Assembly: GCA_030688315.1 (NCBI GenBank) | Contig: JAUYIT010000027.1 | Location: 33,135 to 97,134 of the forward strand | Direction of reading: 5' to 3' | DNA from: Candidatus Komeilibacteria bacterium | GTDB lineage: Bacteria > Patescibacteriota > Patescibacteriia > UBA1558 > UBA10009 | DNA length: 64,000 nucleotides | Shown here: piece after piece, positions 19,190 through 30,700 of the stretch | How positions within the stretch are numbered: the stretch's first letter is position 1 | Layout: each line of letters opens with the position of its first letter | Notes under the pieces: model-generated | Told to the model about the DNA's origin: nothing | Seen by the model: only the letters and a program-made list of their open reading frames with translations | Database searches by the model: none | Program-made: the position numbers and the translations under genes

Positions 19190-20395
19190 CTACTTTCCCA
19201 TCTTCTTTCTTATGAAAGGCGGGATTTCCAGCTCTTCCTCTTCTTTGGATTGAGGGGGTAAATCAACTTTATTAGTATCCACGCTTTTGCCTTTTTTGGA
19301 AAAAATGCTTTTAGTTGCAAGATTGCTGGGCCGTTCCTCCATTGGCTGCTGCATAACCGGTTTGACCCCGCTAAACGGCCGATCTTCTTTTTGCATTCTT
19401 TCCACTTCGGATTCCGTTCTGATGCTAGGGCTAAAGCCAGTGGCAATAACCGTGATTTTAATTTCATCGCCCATGGCCTCGTCAATCACGGCGCCAAAAA
19501 TTACTTTGGCGTTGGAATCAATGGCGGAAGTAATTACCTCGGCCGCTTCGTTTACTTCGTGCATGCTTAAATCAACCCCGCCGGTAATGGTAAACAACAC
19601 GCCTTTGGCGCCTTTAATGGACAGTTCCAACAGCGGGCTTTCAATGGCGGCCCGGGCCGCTTCCACCGCGCGGTTCTCGCCACTGGCGCGGCCGATACCC
19701 ATTAAAGCCGAGCCAGCATCTTTCATAATCGCTTTAACGTCGGCAAAGTCCACGTTAACCAAGCCGGGAATGGTGATAATTTCGGAAATGCCCTGCACGC
19801 CCTGTTTTAAAACCTCGTCCACGATGGCAAAGGCGTCTAATAGTGAAGTTTTTTTATCAATCACTTGCAATAAACGGTCATTGGGAATTGTAATAATCGT
19901 GTCCACTTTATCAATCAATTTATCCAAACCGCGTTCGGCAATACTACGCCGTTGCGCGCCTTCAAAACTGAACGGCCGGGTAACCACCGCGATAGTTAAA
20001 GCACCCAGCTCCCGGGCCGTAGCCGCGATAATCGGCGCCGCGCCCGTGCCCGTGCCTCCGCCCAAACCGCAAGTGATAAAAACCATGTCCGCGCCTTCCA
20101 AAGCCGATCTGATTTCTTCCTCGTCCTCTTCAGCCGATTGCGCGCCCTGCTCCGGATCCATGCCCGCGCCCAAGCCCCGGGTGGTGCTTTTGCCGATATG
20201 AACTTTTCTGGAGGCACTATTGCTGTTTAACGCCTGCGCGTCGGTGTTAACCGCGATAAAATCCACGCCCCGGATTTTGGAACGAATCATCCGGTTAATG
20301 GCGGAACCGCCGGAACCGCCCACGCCCATAACCTTGATTTTGGCAAAGGTTTCCAGCTCGGGCTTAACCTCCATTGGCTTTGATTTGATATTCAT
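19190..20395 (-). CDS. ftsZ: cell division GTPase FtsZ
   Basis: 401 aa. Tubulin signature [14 protein letters not shown]7 loop, and a C-terminal conserved peptide (EIPPFIRKK). Confidence 0.97.
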   Translation of the reverse strand: MNIKSKPMEVKPELETFAKIKVMGVGGSGGSAINRMIRSKIRGVDFIAVNTDAQALNSNSASRKVHIGKSTTRGLGAGMDPEQGAQSAEEDEEEIRSALEGADMVFITCGLGGGTGTGAAPIIAATARELGALTIAVVTRPFSFEGAQRRSIAERGLDKLIDKVDTIITIPNDRLLQVIDKKTSLLDAFAIVDEVLKQGVQGISEIITIPGLVNVDFADVKAIMKDAGSALMGIGRASGENRAVEAARAAIESPLLELSIKGAKGVLFTITGGVDLSMHEVNEAAEVITSAIDSNAKVIFGAVIDEAMGDEIKITVIATGFSPSIRTESEVERMQKEDRPFSGVKPVMQQPMEERPSNLATKSIFSKKGKSVDTNKVDLPPQSKEEEELEIPPFIRKKMGK

Positions 20396-20454
20396 AATAA
20401 TTTTTTACTTATGTGTTTACTTGATTTGATAATTCCAAATGGTTTCCAATTCGG

Positions 20455-20560
20455 GATTCCAAAGGGGCTTTGCTCCTTTGGTCAAGCCCGCCGAATCGGC
20501 GGGCGCGAAGTCTTCGGGGTCCCTAAGAGCAGGCGAGCCAAAGGCGAGCGGGTCTTGGGG
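20455..20560. repeat. GC-rich multi-hairpin repeat element between ftsA and ftsZ
   Basis: ccaaaggggctttgctcctttgg hairpin, the gcccgccgaatcggcgggc module (shared with copies at 34110 and 53440), and a ggggtccct...gcgagccaaaggcgagcggg segment. No ORF. Confidence 0.7.
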
Positions 20561-20564
20561 TGTT

Positions 20565-21824
20565 TTATGGCAATAATGATTTAAACCAGCCCTTCATTTT
20601 ATCAACCACCTGATCCACCGAAGAAAAACTGGGCAAATTAAGGCGGCCTTTACCACTACCTGTTGCGCGGGCGCCTTGAGTGCCCCAGATAGCCAAACCA
20701 ACAGCCGTGGCATAAGCCGGGTCATTAACTTTATCAATAGCATTATTTTCCAAACCCAAAGGCAAGCCGGCAAACACCGGTAATTTTAATTTGGCTTTAC
20801 CTAGTTCCAACAGGCCGGGCAGTTTGGCGCCGCCGCCGGTTAAAACCACGCCCGAAGGCAATAAGCCGGAACGGTTGATTTTTTTTAGTTCCTTGTCAAT
20901 CAAAGAAAAAATTTCTTCGCATCTGGCCTGAACAATTTCAGCCACCTGTTTTAAGGGAATCATGGTTCGCTCCTGTTCATTGACTGAAAATTTAGCCAGG
21001 TCCACTTCGTCGCGCTTGTTGACTTTATCCGCGTCGGCCTGGGCAACTTCCAATTTTAAAGTTTCGGCAGTTTCCATGGCGATCCTTAAACAGATCGCCA
21101 AATCAGCGGTAATGTGGTTGGAACCGATCGGTAAAACCGCGGTATGCAAAACATCGCCTTCTTCGTAAACAATTAAACTGGTGGTTTGAGCGCCCAAGCT
21201 GACCAAGGCCACGCCTAACTCTTTTTGCTTTTTAACCAGCGTGCTTTCAGCCGCCGCTAAAATACCAAAAACCAAATCGTCAATATCAACCCCGGTGCGG
21301 TAAACACATTTGGTCAGGTTTTTAACCTGCGAAGACAAGCCCATGATAATCTGGGTGGCCACTTCCAAGCGGATACCGTTCATGCCCACCGGATCTTTAA
21401 CGCCGGCCTGCCCGTCAATGGTAAAATCTTTAGGAATAACATGCAAAATTTCGTAATTAGCAGGCGTGGCCACGGCTTGAGCCGCTTCAATGGCTCTATC
21501 CACGTCTTCATCGGTAATTTCCTTATCGGCTTTGGCCACGGCCACAACTCCGGTTGAGGCCAGAGTTTTAATGTGCGTACCGGAAATGCCCACTACCGCC
21601 CGCTCCACGGGCAGGCCGGTCATTCTTTCCGACTGCTCCAAACACTGGGAAATGGAAGAAACCAAATCCTCGATGTTTGTGACCATGCCTTTAGCCATGC
21701 CTTCGGCCGGCTGTTCGCTGGCGCCAATAATCTGCCAAGAACCATCAGAAGAACTTTGCAAAACAACCGCCCTGATTGAACTGGAGCCGATATCCAAACC
21801 GGTAATAATGTGAGGTTGAGCCAT
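20565..21824 (-). CDS. ftsA: cell division protein FtsA
   Basis: 419 aa actin-fold protein (ITGLDIGSSSIR phosphate-1, DIGGGTT-like phosphate-2, adenosine motif). Lies upstream of ftsZ. Confidence 0.93.
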   Translation of the reverse strand: MAQPHIITGLDIGSSSIRAVVLQSSSDGSWQIIGASEQPAEGMAKGMVTNIEDLVSSISQCLEQSERMTGLPVERAVVGISGTHIKTLASTGVVAVAKADKEITDEDVDRAIEAAQAVATPANYEILHVIPKDFTIDGQAGVKDPVGMNGIRLEVATQIIMGLSSQVKNLTKCVYRTGVDIDDLVFGILAAAESTLVKKQKELGVALVSLGAQTTSLIVYEEGDVLHTAVLPIGSNHITADLAICLRIAMETAETLKLEVAQADADKVNKRDEVDLAKFSVNEQERTMIPLKQVAEIVQARCEEIFSLIDKELKKINRSGLLPSGVVLTGGGAKLPGLLELGKAKLKLPVFAGLPLGLENNAIDKVNDPAYATAVGLAIWGTQGARATGSGKGRLNLPSFSSVDQVVDKMKGWFKSLLP

Positions 21825-22059
21825 CTAACTTAAAATTACGAGATAAACTTTAATCCCGACTGTTTATGATCTTATTAATTTTCGCTTTTGCTATACCTAA
21901 TTATACTTCGTGTAATTACTCGTTCGATTGAAAAGAAAGCAAGCTTTCTTTTCTCTCTCACTCCTAATTATAATAAAAAAAACCAATTAAGGCAATGAAA
22001 AAACTTTTCCACATTTGAACAATAAAACTGTTCAGTCGTCAAGTTTGAATAAACCGCCT

Positions 22060-22458
22060 TTAGCCCAGCACTTTATCGACCAACCGAGCCATTTCTGCCG
22101 CTCCCCGATCGGTTTCATCTTCAAAACCCAACAAATGCAACAAGCCGTGAACGAAGAGGATGGATAATTCTCGTTTTACGGAATGTTGATGTTCTTTGGC
22201 CTGGCTGTTTGCTTTGGAGTAACAAATCATCAGCTCGTTTAAGCCCTCAAAAGACAATACATCCGTAGCTTTATTTTTATTACGGTAACGGCGATTGACT
22301 TGCCTGATGGCGGCCGGAGCAACGACTGCCAAAGATACCGTCATGGGCCGGCGGATTTTTAACATTGTCAGGGTGGCGTTACCCAGTTGTTTAAAAAGCG
22401 CCTCGTACTTAAAGGGCGCTTTGACTAAATTATTGATTTCCAAATTAAAAACCGCCAT
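22060..22458 (-). CDS. ybeY: rRNA maturation endoribonuclease YbeY
   Basis: 132 aa with the HGLLHLLGFEDETD (H3xH5xH) zinc motif. Confidence 0.9.
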   Translation of the reverse strand: MAVFNLEINNLVKAPFKYEALFKQLGNATLTMLKIRRPMTVSLAVVAPAAIRQVNRRYRNKNKATDVLSFEGLNELMICYSKANSQAKEHQHSVKRELSILFVHGLLHLLGFEDETDRGAAEMARLVDKVLG

Positions 22459-22468
22459 AAGCCGAAGT

Positions 22469-23755
22469 TTATTCCGTCTTGGGTTCGATAAAAATGAAGC
22501 TCTTTAAGAACAACTGATAAGTGGTGTAAAAATTCATTTGCTGTTGGTTGCCGGTATCGTAAACCAAAACGTAAATACTGGAACCCACCGCCAGATAGGT
22601 ATTTAAGCCGTCGGGCGTTTGAATGGCCGGCAAGCCGCCTACCAGCACGCTTTTGAGAGCGGCGGCGTCAGCCGATTTGTTTTTATCCAAATACCAGTTT
22701 TTAGCCGAAAGACCCAAAGGATTTTCCTGAACTATCACTTCAATAAATTCGCCGGTGTTGGAAGTAAAAATCACTTCGCTGTTTTGGATGTTTAAAGACC
22801 GGGCCGGCCAGGGCACGGGATAAAAAACCGAATAATTATAACTGGGATTTTGGTAAATCCCAATCAGGCCGGAATCAACCAAGCGCCCATCGCCCTTGGG
22901 ATTGAAAAAATTCAAAATTTCCGAGGCGTCCACATAGCCGTCATTATCGGTATCGGCTTTGGCCGAATCGGTCTGAAAAATATTCTCTTCAATGTCGGTC
23001 AGCTGGTCGCCGTCAGAATCCTGACCTTTAGCCGGAGTTTGCGGAACGGTTGGCGTGCTTGGCAAATCCGTGCCGGGGTTTTCATCGGAAACTTCTTCGT
23101 TGGTCTGTTCTTCCAGCTGACTGGCGGGGAAAATGACTTCGGCCGTGGCCACGTAATCTCCCGCGGCCAATTTAAGCGTTCCCCAAACAGCATCAGCTTC
23201 TAAAGCAAAGGCCAGAAGATACCCTTTTTGCTCGGCCGTGGACGAATAAAGATAACTCTGCCCGCCCGGTTCGGGATTAGTTGGCAAAACTTCCATAAAA
23301 GGCCCGACTAAATTGCTTAAGGAATTAGGAAAAACCTGGTAAGTGCCGGCGTAAAGATTTAAGGCACTGCGGATATCGCCAATATCATTAAGGCGCTTGG
23401 CATCACGGGATGAGGCCGTGCTTAAAGTATCATTAGAGTTGGTATTGGCGTTATTATTGCTATTGTTGTTATCATTGCTATTGTCATTAACGTTTTCATT
23501 GGCATTAGTGTTAATAACCGGCAATTCCACAATCGGCATTGGCTCGGACTGTTTGTTTAAAAACCAAATCACGCCGGCAATAACGCCGCCTAAAGCCAAA
23601 AAAATAACAATACCCAACACCAGCCAGTTAAGGCGCTTGCCCTGCGGCGGCTGCATGGAATTTTGCCGAAACTGATCGGGCATGGTATGGATATCGCCGT
23701 CCGCTTCTTCCGCTGGCAGATCGGGGAGTTCAGAATTTTCTTTGGGTGTAAACAT
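22469..23755 (-). CDS. TM-anchored surface protein with pseudopilin-like core and thrombospondin-type-3 Ca-binding repeats (paralogue of 23780..24658)
   Basis: 428 aa. Cytoplasmic N-tail, one TM (WLVLGIVIFLALGGVIAGVIWFL), an Asn-rich linker, a segment SRDAKRLNDIGDIRSALNLYAGTYQVFP resembling the GspG/type IV pilin globular-domain start, DSDGDQLTD / DTDNDGYVDASE D-x-D-x-D-G repeats, and an NPKGDGRL motif. Confidence 0.65.
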   Translation of the reverse strand: MFTPKENSELPDLPAEEADGDIHTMPDQFRQNSMQPPQGKRLNWLVLGIVIFLALGGVIAGVIWFLNKQSEPMPIVELPVINTNANENVNDNSNDNNNSNNNANTNSNDTLSTASSRDAKRLNDIGDIRSALNLYAGTYQVFPNSLSNLVGPFMEVLPTNPEPGGQSYLYSSTAEQKGYLLAFALEADAVWGTLKLAAGDYVATAEVIFPASQLEEQTNEEVSDENPGTDLPSTPTVPQTPAKGQDSDGDQLTDIEENIFQTDSAKADTDNDGYVDASEILNFFNPKGDGRLVDSGLIGIYQNPSYNYSVFYPVPWPARSLNIQNSEVIFTSNTGEFIEVIVQENPLGLSAKNWYLDKNKSADAAALKSVLVGGLPAIQTPDGLNTYLAVGSSIYVLVYDTGNQQQMNFYTTYQLFLKSFIFIEPKTE

Positions 23756-23779
23756 TAAGTGAATTTAAGTTGCTGATCA

Positions 23780-24658
23780 TTAAAAATTAGCTTCCAATAA
23801 AGTGCCGGCCCCTTTGGGATTGTAGCCGCTGTTAACTTCAGCGCCGTCCAAATAACCGTCTCCGTCGGAATCAGGGTTTAAAGGATCCGTTAGGTATACC
23901 TTGACTTCCTCGCGATCCGATAACCCATCGTTGTCGCTATCGGGTTCCATGGGATTGGTGCCCAGATTATTTTCTTCCTGATCGCTTAAGCCGTCTTTAT
24001 CCGAATCCATGGCCGGCTCGGGCTGGTTGGAATTGGCATTGCTGTCCGCGGAATCTTCCGGACTGGGCAAAATCAAATTGTCATTGACGTTTTGATTATC
24101 GTTGGAATTCTGATTCTGATTATTATCAACGGTATCGTTAGCGTTAGCGTTATTATTGCCGAAATTAATAACATCATCCTGAAACTGGCGGTTGACCTCG
24201 GCCGGAGATAGACTGTTAATATTAAATTGAGGCAAATTTACGGCCGGATCGGCAAAAAACTTGGCATAAGCAAAATAGCCGCCCACTGCCAAAATAACGA
24301 TTAACACCGCCAAACCCACCCAAAAAAACTTTTTATTGCCGCCGGACTCATCTTCCAAATCATCCGGTAACTGCATTAAAGGTTCGGGCAAAACCGGATT
24401 AACCGGCGTATTAGCAACCCCGGACTGTTGCTGGGCATTTTGATTTAAGGAAACCGGTCTGGCGGCCTGATCAGTTTCGGCAAAAATATCCTCCATGCCC
24501 TGACCTTGAGGTGCTGAAGGCCCGCCTGCCGGCGAGGCAGGCGTAAAAGATCCGCCTTGCGGCGAAGCGGGCGCGCTTGGCTTTTGAGCCATTGATTCGC
24601 TTAAATTAATGCCGTCAACCAAGTTGGGTGCCGCGGGGTTGGGTTTTGGATCAAACAT
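23780..24658 (-). CDS. TM-anchored surface protein with thrombospondin-type-3 Ca-binding repeats (paralogue of 22469..23755)
   Basis: 292 aa. One TM (FFWVGLAVLIVILAVGGYFAYAKFF), an N/Q-rich linker, three DSD(K/N/G)DG(L/Y)xD repeats, and C-terminal NPKGAGTLLEANF. Confidence 0.65.
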   Translation of the reverse strand: MFDPKPNPAAPNLVDGINLSESMAQKPSAPASPQGGSFTPASPAGGPSAPQGQGMEDIFAETDQAARPVSLNQNAQQQSGVANTPVNPVLPEPLMQLPDDLEDESGGNKKFFWVGLAVLIVILAVGGYFAYAKFFADPAVNLPQFNINSLSPAEVNRQFQDDVINFGNNNANANDTVDNNQNQNSNDNQNVNDNLILPSPEDSADSNANSNQPEPAMDSDKDGLSDQEENNLGTNPMEPDSDNDGLSDREEVKVYLTDPLNPDSDGDGYLDGAEVNSGYNPKGAGTLLEANF

Positions 24659-24714
24659 ACGATTAAATAAAAATTTTAAAATTTATTGCCTTTATTATAC
24701 AACAATTTTCCAAT

Positions 24715-27700
24715 TTAAGGAATGTAGACCTGGAAATCATCATACCAGCTAGTAGAACAATCACCCCAAACCGCCACGCCAAAAGTCCGGCCGTTTAAGG
24801 CATTGTCATTATCAGTTGCATTATGCCAATCAGCCACGGCCGGCATGGCCTCGCCATCCTGCCAGTCAATGTATTTAATGTTTGCCCTGTTGCCGCTGTG
24901 GCTTATTTTCATGGCTAGCCAGTACCAGGTTTCGGACGGCACTAATGACGGTTGGTTCTCAACAACTGGACTAAATTGATCTAAGACGCTCATAACTCCG
25001 TCAGTGCCCGAGTGCTCGTCCATGCGGTTGACTTTAACCAAACTCAAACGATGTTGATTGTTAATGTTAGGCCATAAAGCGTAAGCGGATTCCTGCCCGG
25101 CATTTTGGGCGTTGTAATCATAATTGCCTAAAATTAAAGTGTTGGGATTACCCTGTTTGATTTTAATTCTGGACACAATCGTCACGTTCTGGTTTTGATT
25201 TTGCACATCAAAAACCGGCGGCACCAAGGCCTTAAGAAACCATCTATCACTGCTACCACACTGCGGATCTCCGTCGCTCGGATTTGCGCCCTGCAAAGTA
25301 AAAGGGTTATTATCATCGTTTAACTGCACGATCGACCAGACGGCGGGTTCAAAATTGCCGTGCTCTCTGGCTAACCAACTTTCGCCCGTGGGCACGGAAT
25401 AAACTCCCGCGTCGTCAAAATTATCCAAAAAGATTCTTTGGCCCAAATCAAAGCCGGAACAATCAGCGCGGCAGTAATTTCCATTTCCGTTGTTAGGGCC
25501 ATCATCACAGGCCTCGCCTACTTCAATCACATCATTGCCGCATTCAGCACTGGCAACGCAAACATCGCCTTCACGATGATAACCATCATTACAATTAAAT
25601 GAACAGCCCCAACCACCTCTAACAGCGGAACAAACGGCTGAGCTATGAGCGGGTTGAGGACAACGATGACCGCACCTGCCGCAATGGTTGATGTCATAGG
25701 CAATGTTAGTTTCACAGCCGTTAGCCACACTGCCGCCATCAATACAGGCGTCATATCCATCTAAACAACGTAATAATTGACAGCTGTTAGCACAATAATT
25801 GTTTTGCGAAACACCGATTTGTCCATCGCATAATTCTTCCGGCTGTTTATACCCGTCGCCACAACGGCCATAATATGCACCGCCAGAATCACAACTGACC
25901 CCGCAGGTGTTGTTGTTGCAGCTGGGAGTACTGCCATCCTGGCAGCTCCAGCCATTGGCATTGCCATCGCATTGTTCGCCGTAAAATGACTGCACAATGT
26001 TATCACCGCACCAACCGCCGATATCGCGGCAACTGGCGCTGCAAGCGTATTGATTGTCTCGGTCACTACCGTTGATAACGCCGTTAGAAAAACCGTCAGC
26101 ACCGGCTTCGGCGGAAATATCGCATTGTTCAGCTGGGCTGATTTGATAGTCCCAATCAGCGCTGTTTAAAATCCCGTCGCCGCAATAACCGCCGCAACGC
26201 TGACCAATGGACAAATTATCCCAATCATCGCCGTAATTATCAGGGTTGACCCAGGTGCATTCGCCGAATTTGGAACCGACCGCTTCACAACCCAAATAAC
26301 GCGGCGTGTACCATCTGGCTCCGGCCGGACAGTAATTATTGCTCATGCCCGGTTCGCACTGCTCATTGCCGTTAACCACGCCGTCGCCGCAACGCGCGCC
26401 GATCGGCTGGGTATTGCAACCCAAAACGCCGGCCGTACTTAAACGAAAATGCGGATTAAACCGATTAGCTTGATCTTGATCGCTTAGCCAAGTGGCGGTG
26501 GTTTCCATTTTGGCGGCTAATAGATAATTGTTATTGCCGATGGTTTCATAAGAATAAAAATAGGAATCGGCATCGCAGGCAAAAGCGCCCCGGCTTTGGT
26601 TGGCATCAGGGTTCCAACAAGTTTGGCGGTCATAGCCGCAATTACCGCCCTGCGTTTGAATTGTTGCCTGATCAACATAAAAGGTGGCGGCGCCTTCGTG
26701 GGAACGGATAAAGATAAAATTATTACTGCCGTTAGCTCCGCCGCCAACAGCCGGATTGGTAACCAAACGGTTCTTGAGCAAAACCCAGCCGGTCACGTCA
26801 GGCGGGGTCAGCCATTCATTGCCGTAATCATTGCCGTCAAAGGTTAAATGAGCGCGGCCGGAAACAACATAAACCCAGGCACTTAGTTCATAAGTTGTGT
26901 TAGGTAATAAGCTGATTGGCTGAACAATGCCGGTTTGAGCGTTTCTGGACAAAATCCCGAGTGAAGCGCTGCCTTCTTTAACAAAACTCCTGTTGGTATT
27001 ATGCGAAACGCCAAGCCCCGCGCGCTCCAAAGTCAAACGCCAGCCGCTTTCATCGTTAAGACCGGGATCCCCGGCGGCAGCTGGGCCTGCCAGATCATTA
27101 GGATCTTCAAAGCCGGCATTAACCAGTTCCGGTTCCGTACAAACTACACACTTATTAAACTTATTAATCGGATCAACCGGCAAACTGGCGGACAATGCCG
27201 GAGCTAAGGTTTGGTTCCAAGAAGGCCACTTGCTGTTACTGCGGCCGCTTAAAAAGGAACCAGCGGTTAAAGCAGGCACGGCACCGTTGTGGCCGGCCTG
27301 ATAAGCTTCCACGGTTTGGGTAACCGCGGTCAAATCGGCCAACCGCTTAACGTCGCGCCGTAATTTTTCCTTTAAATCGGGATTATCAATGTTGCTGTTA
27401 AACTGCCATTTAGCCATCAGCCGTTTAACTATTTCCATGGTTTTAGGGCTGGCGTTTTGATTGTATGACAAAAGATAAATATTAGTGTAAGCGTTATTGA
27501 TTCTATTAACGCGATAACCAACATTAATCACCCTAAAATCATTGGCGTTAAAATTAGGAACAACAACATTTAAATCGCCGGCCAAATCATCAGCGTTTGC
27601 TTGTAAAGCATCTAGCTGTTTTTCAAAATCCGTCAAATCACTGGTTTGCAGGCCATTACTTAGGCCTTGGTTAAAATTATTAAAATCAGCGATAAAACGA

Positions 27701-30700
27701 TCGGCCTGTTGACCGGTAATTTGCAGGCGGTTCAGTTCGTTTAACAAATTCTGCAAATCGGTTTGGCCGTTAACCAAGCCCTGATAGCGCGTTAAATCGG
27801 CCGCCAAGTTTGCCAGCTGTGCTTCGTAAGCGTTAAGTTCTTGGGGGCTAACGCCCTCTTGGACCAGCGCCGCGCGATTGTAATCAGCGCGGGCTTGATT
27901 TAAATCCGCCTGCGCGCCGGCCAAATCCGCCGGCCTAAACCCTTCATTGGCAAAACGATTGGCTACAACATTAAAGTTCTGAAAATTTTGCTGGAAAGCG
28001 GCCACGGGCGGCGTACCGGGCGGCGCCACGGCGGCCAAAATATTATTGACGCTTAAATCAGCTAAAACATTTTTTAACCCTTGCCAAAGATTGGCCAGCC
28101 AGCCGTCAGCTTTGACGAAAACAGGATTATTATCGGAATTATAAGACAAACTGCCCTGCGGGACATTGGCCGCGGCCACGTAAACGGTGCGTCCATCTTG
28201 AATGGCTTCATAACCGTCCACCTCCGTGTTGGAGGGGTTACCCTGGACAGCGGCATTAATATTTTTTTGATACCAAGCCCGCGGATTAAGATGTAGATTA
28301 TTTTTATAAACTCTTAAGCCCAAAACATCGCCGGTGGTGGGCACGGGAATCAAGTATTCGCGGAGCAGATCGTCTTTGGCCGGATCATTATCAGAGCTGA
28401 TATCAAGGGGCTGGGGTTCAAACAAAGCCGGCAAATCGTCCATAGTTCCGGCGCCGCCGGCATCGCGGCAGTAGCTTAAAGAAAAGTTGTAAGTGGGATC
28501 AATAAATTTGTAATCTGGATTGAGATCTCCCGTGATGGGGTTCCAACGGTTTTCACAAATATCCACAATGGCTTTGGCTGATGCGGATAAAGCGGGTTTT
28601 TGATAAACAGCCGGAAAGACGGCGCTGGCAATAATATTTGACTGGCCGTTTTTATTTTGCGCCTTTACCACCATAAAGCCGGGTCCGCTTTGATCCAAAG
28701 CAGCCACGCTTTGATTGGAGGTTTGCCACTGCCAGTTCCATTCATAAACGCCGGCAATAGCGGCCAGTTGCTCGCCCGTTTGGCTAAAACCACTGGCTGT
28801 GTACTTTTTATCGCCATCATAAATTGTGTCAAATTTTTCAGCGTTTTCGCCTTCAACATTATTGTCCGTTTCATTATCAAAACTGGTGGTAAAGGTCCAA
28901 TCCTTTTGACCGGACTCCTGATCGGCCGCCACGGTTACAAAATCCAAATCGCAAACATCGGGGCCGGTTCGGAAAGAATAACTGAAATTGCCGGCCAGGG
29001 GCTGGCCGTTAACCGCTTTAACGCCGTTCTCGCCACCCACAACAGTTGCTCTCACGGTTGAAACTACCGGCAACGCTTGGGTTAAGGAAAAATACACCTG
29101 GCTTTGTCCGCCCGCGTGTTCTTCCAGCCATTGGCCCGCTACAGGACACCAATACGCAACCGCTTGCGCCCGGTTGAACAAGCTGTTCCAGAGGGAACTA
29201 AAAATTTTGCCGGCCAGATTATTAAGCCATTGGCCGATCAAGTTATCGGCTGACAGCCAATTGCCTGAATTTTGATGATAAACCACTTCTTCGCGGCAGC
29301 CAGCGGGCTGGCTGGCGGCCTCCACCTGATATTCCAACTGGAAATTATTTTGTTTAACCGTATCTTTATTTAGTAACTTATCAAAATCAACTTTAACCAT
29401 GGCGTTGCGGCAAACGCTTTGGGCTCCGTCCTGCGGCACAACACCGGTAATAGCCGGACCGTTTAAAATGTCGTTAACCCTAATTGAGGCCGTGCCGGGA
29501 GGAGCGTTGCCGATAATGGCGGCGATAACGGTTTCGCCCTCACCAATGCCCCGTGATTGAGCCCGGGAAGTATCGCCCTCGCTAAAATCAACCGTGGCAA
29601 TGTTGGCGTTGGCTGTGCGCCAATTTTCAATGGGATCAGACAATAACTCGCCTTCAGCCGAAACTGCGTAAGCCGACCATTCCTGCCAGGTGCCGATATT
29701 AATGGTCGCGCTTGCGGGCGTCACTTCAATGGCGGCCACTTCGCACCTGTTTTGACCCACGGTAAATGACCAAGAACAAGCGGCAGTGCCGGCATCCCAA
29801 ATCATCCCCTGCCCGCAACCGCGTTGGGCTAGTTCTTCTTCATCCGCCGTTTTAATGCCCTCGGCATTGCCGCGGATTTTGATTTCATAGCGGGTCTGTT
29901 GTTTCCAAAGGTTATTATTTTCTTGGGGCAATAAACTGATGATGGTTTTATCCTGATTAAAACTGATGTCGGTTAAAACCGCGCAACCCGCCTCGGGACA
30001 ATCGTTGCCATGTTCAACCACTATAAAATTGGCCGGGGTGATTAAGTCCTGATTTATACCGAGATTAAAGCGGACTTGGCCAAGCGCGTTTTGGCAAACA
30101 TTTTCACCGCTCGGGTGATGTTGGGTAATGGTCAGATAAATATCTTCGCCCTGACTGACTGTCAGCTTGCCATTGTTACCGGTGTTTTCCTCGCCCAAGG
30201 CCTGCGCCCTAATTTTGGTTTCGCCGATTTCTTTGGCCAGCGCGCTGTTTTGATGGTTATTACTTTGGCCGACCTCGGCCACGGTTTCGTTTTCAGATAG
30301 CCATGACCAACGCAGATCATTAGGTTCTTTAAGCAACTGGCAGGATTCTCGGTCAACTGTTTCGGCTGAATAATTCTGGCTTTCTTGCGGTTGCAAAATG
30401 GCAGTACCCGGAATAACCAGCACGGTGTTAAACTGACACAGCTCGTTCCCGCTTTGGGTTTTAAACTGCCAGCTTCTGGCGCCAATAAACTGTCCGCCGT
30501 CAACATTGGCCAAATTATTATTTAAACTGACCTCATACCAAGTGTTGGGCAAAAGATTTTGCTCTGACTCAAAGATCACGCCGCGCAAACCGTTACGGCC
30601 GCCGGCTTCATAATATATTCCCCCAGCCATAGTAACAGCCACGGTTTGATTGTTGCCCCGTTGCTTTAAAGTTAAGGCATCGGCCGCCAGCAAGCCATCG

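Noticed and set aside
19287-20201. 304-aa plus-strand ORF, and similar long antisense ORFs (59044..59670, 25527..26102, 28657..29061, 32554..32907)
   Set aside because: They lie entirely antisense within well-supported genes (ftsZ, the propeller gene, the giant gene). Their Ser/Ala/Pro-rich low-complexity translations are typical of antisense frames of GC-richer coding sequence.
23400-23530. Short periodic AAT/GAT-rich repeats that might look like a CRISPR or tandem-repeat array
   Set aside because: They are the in-frame Asn/Asp-rich low-complexity linker (NANENVNDNSNDNNNSNNNAN) of the 428-aa surface protein. There are no regular spacer-repeat units.
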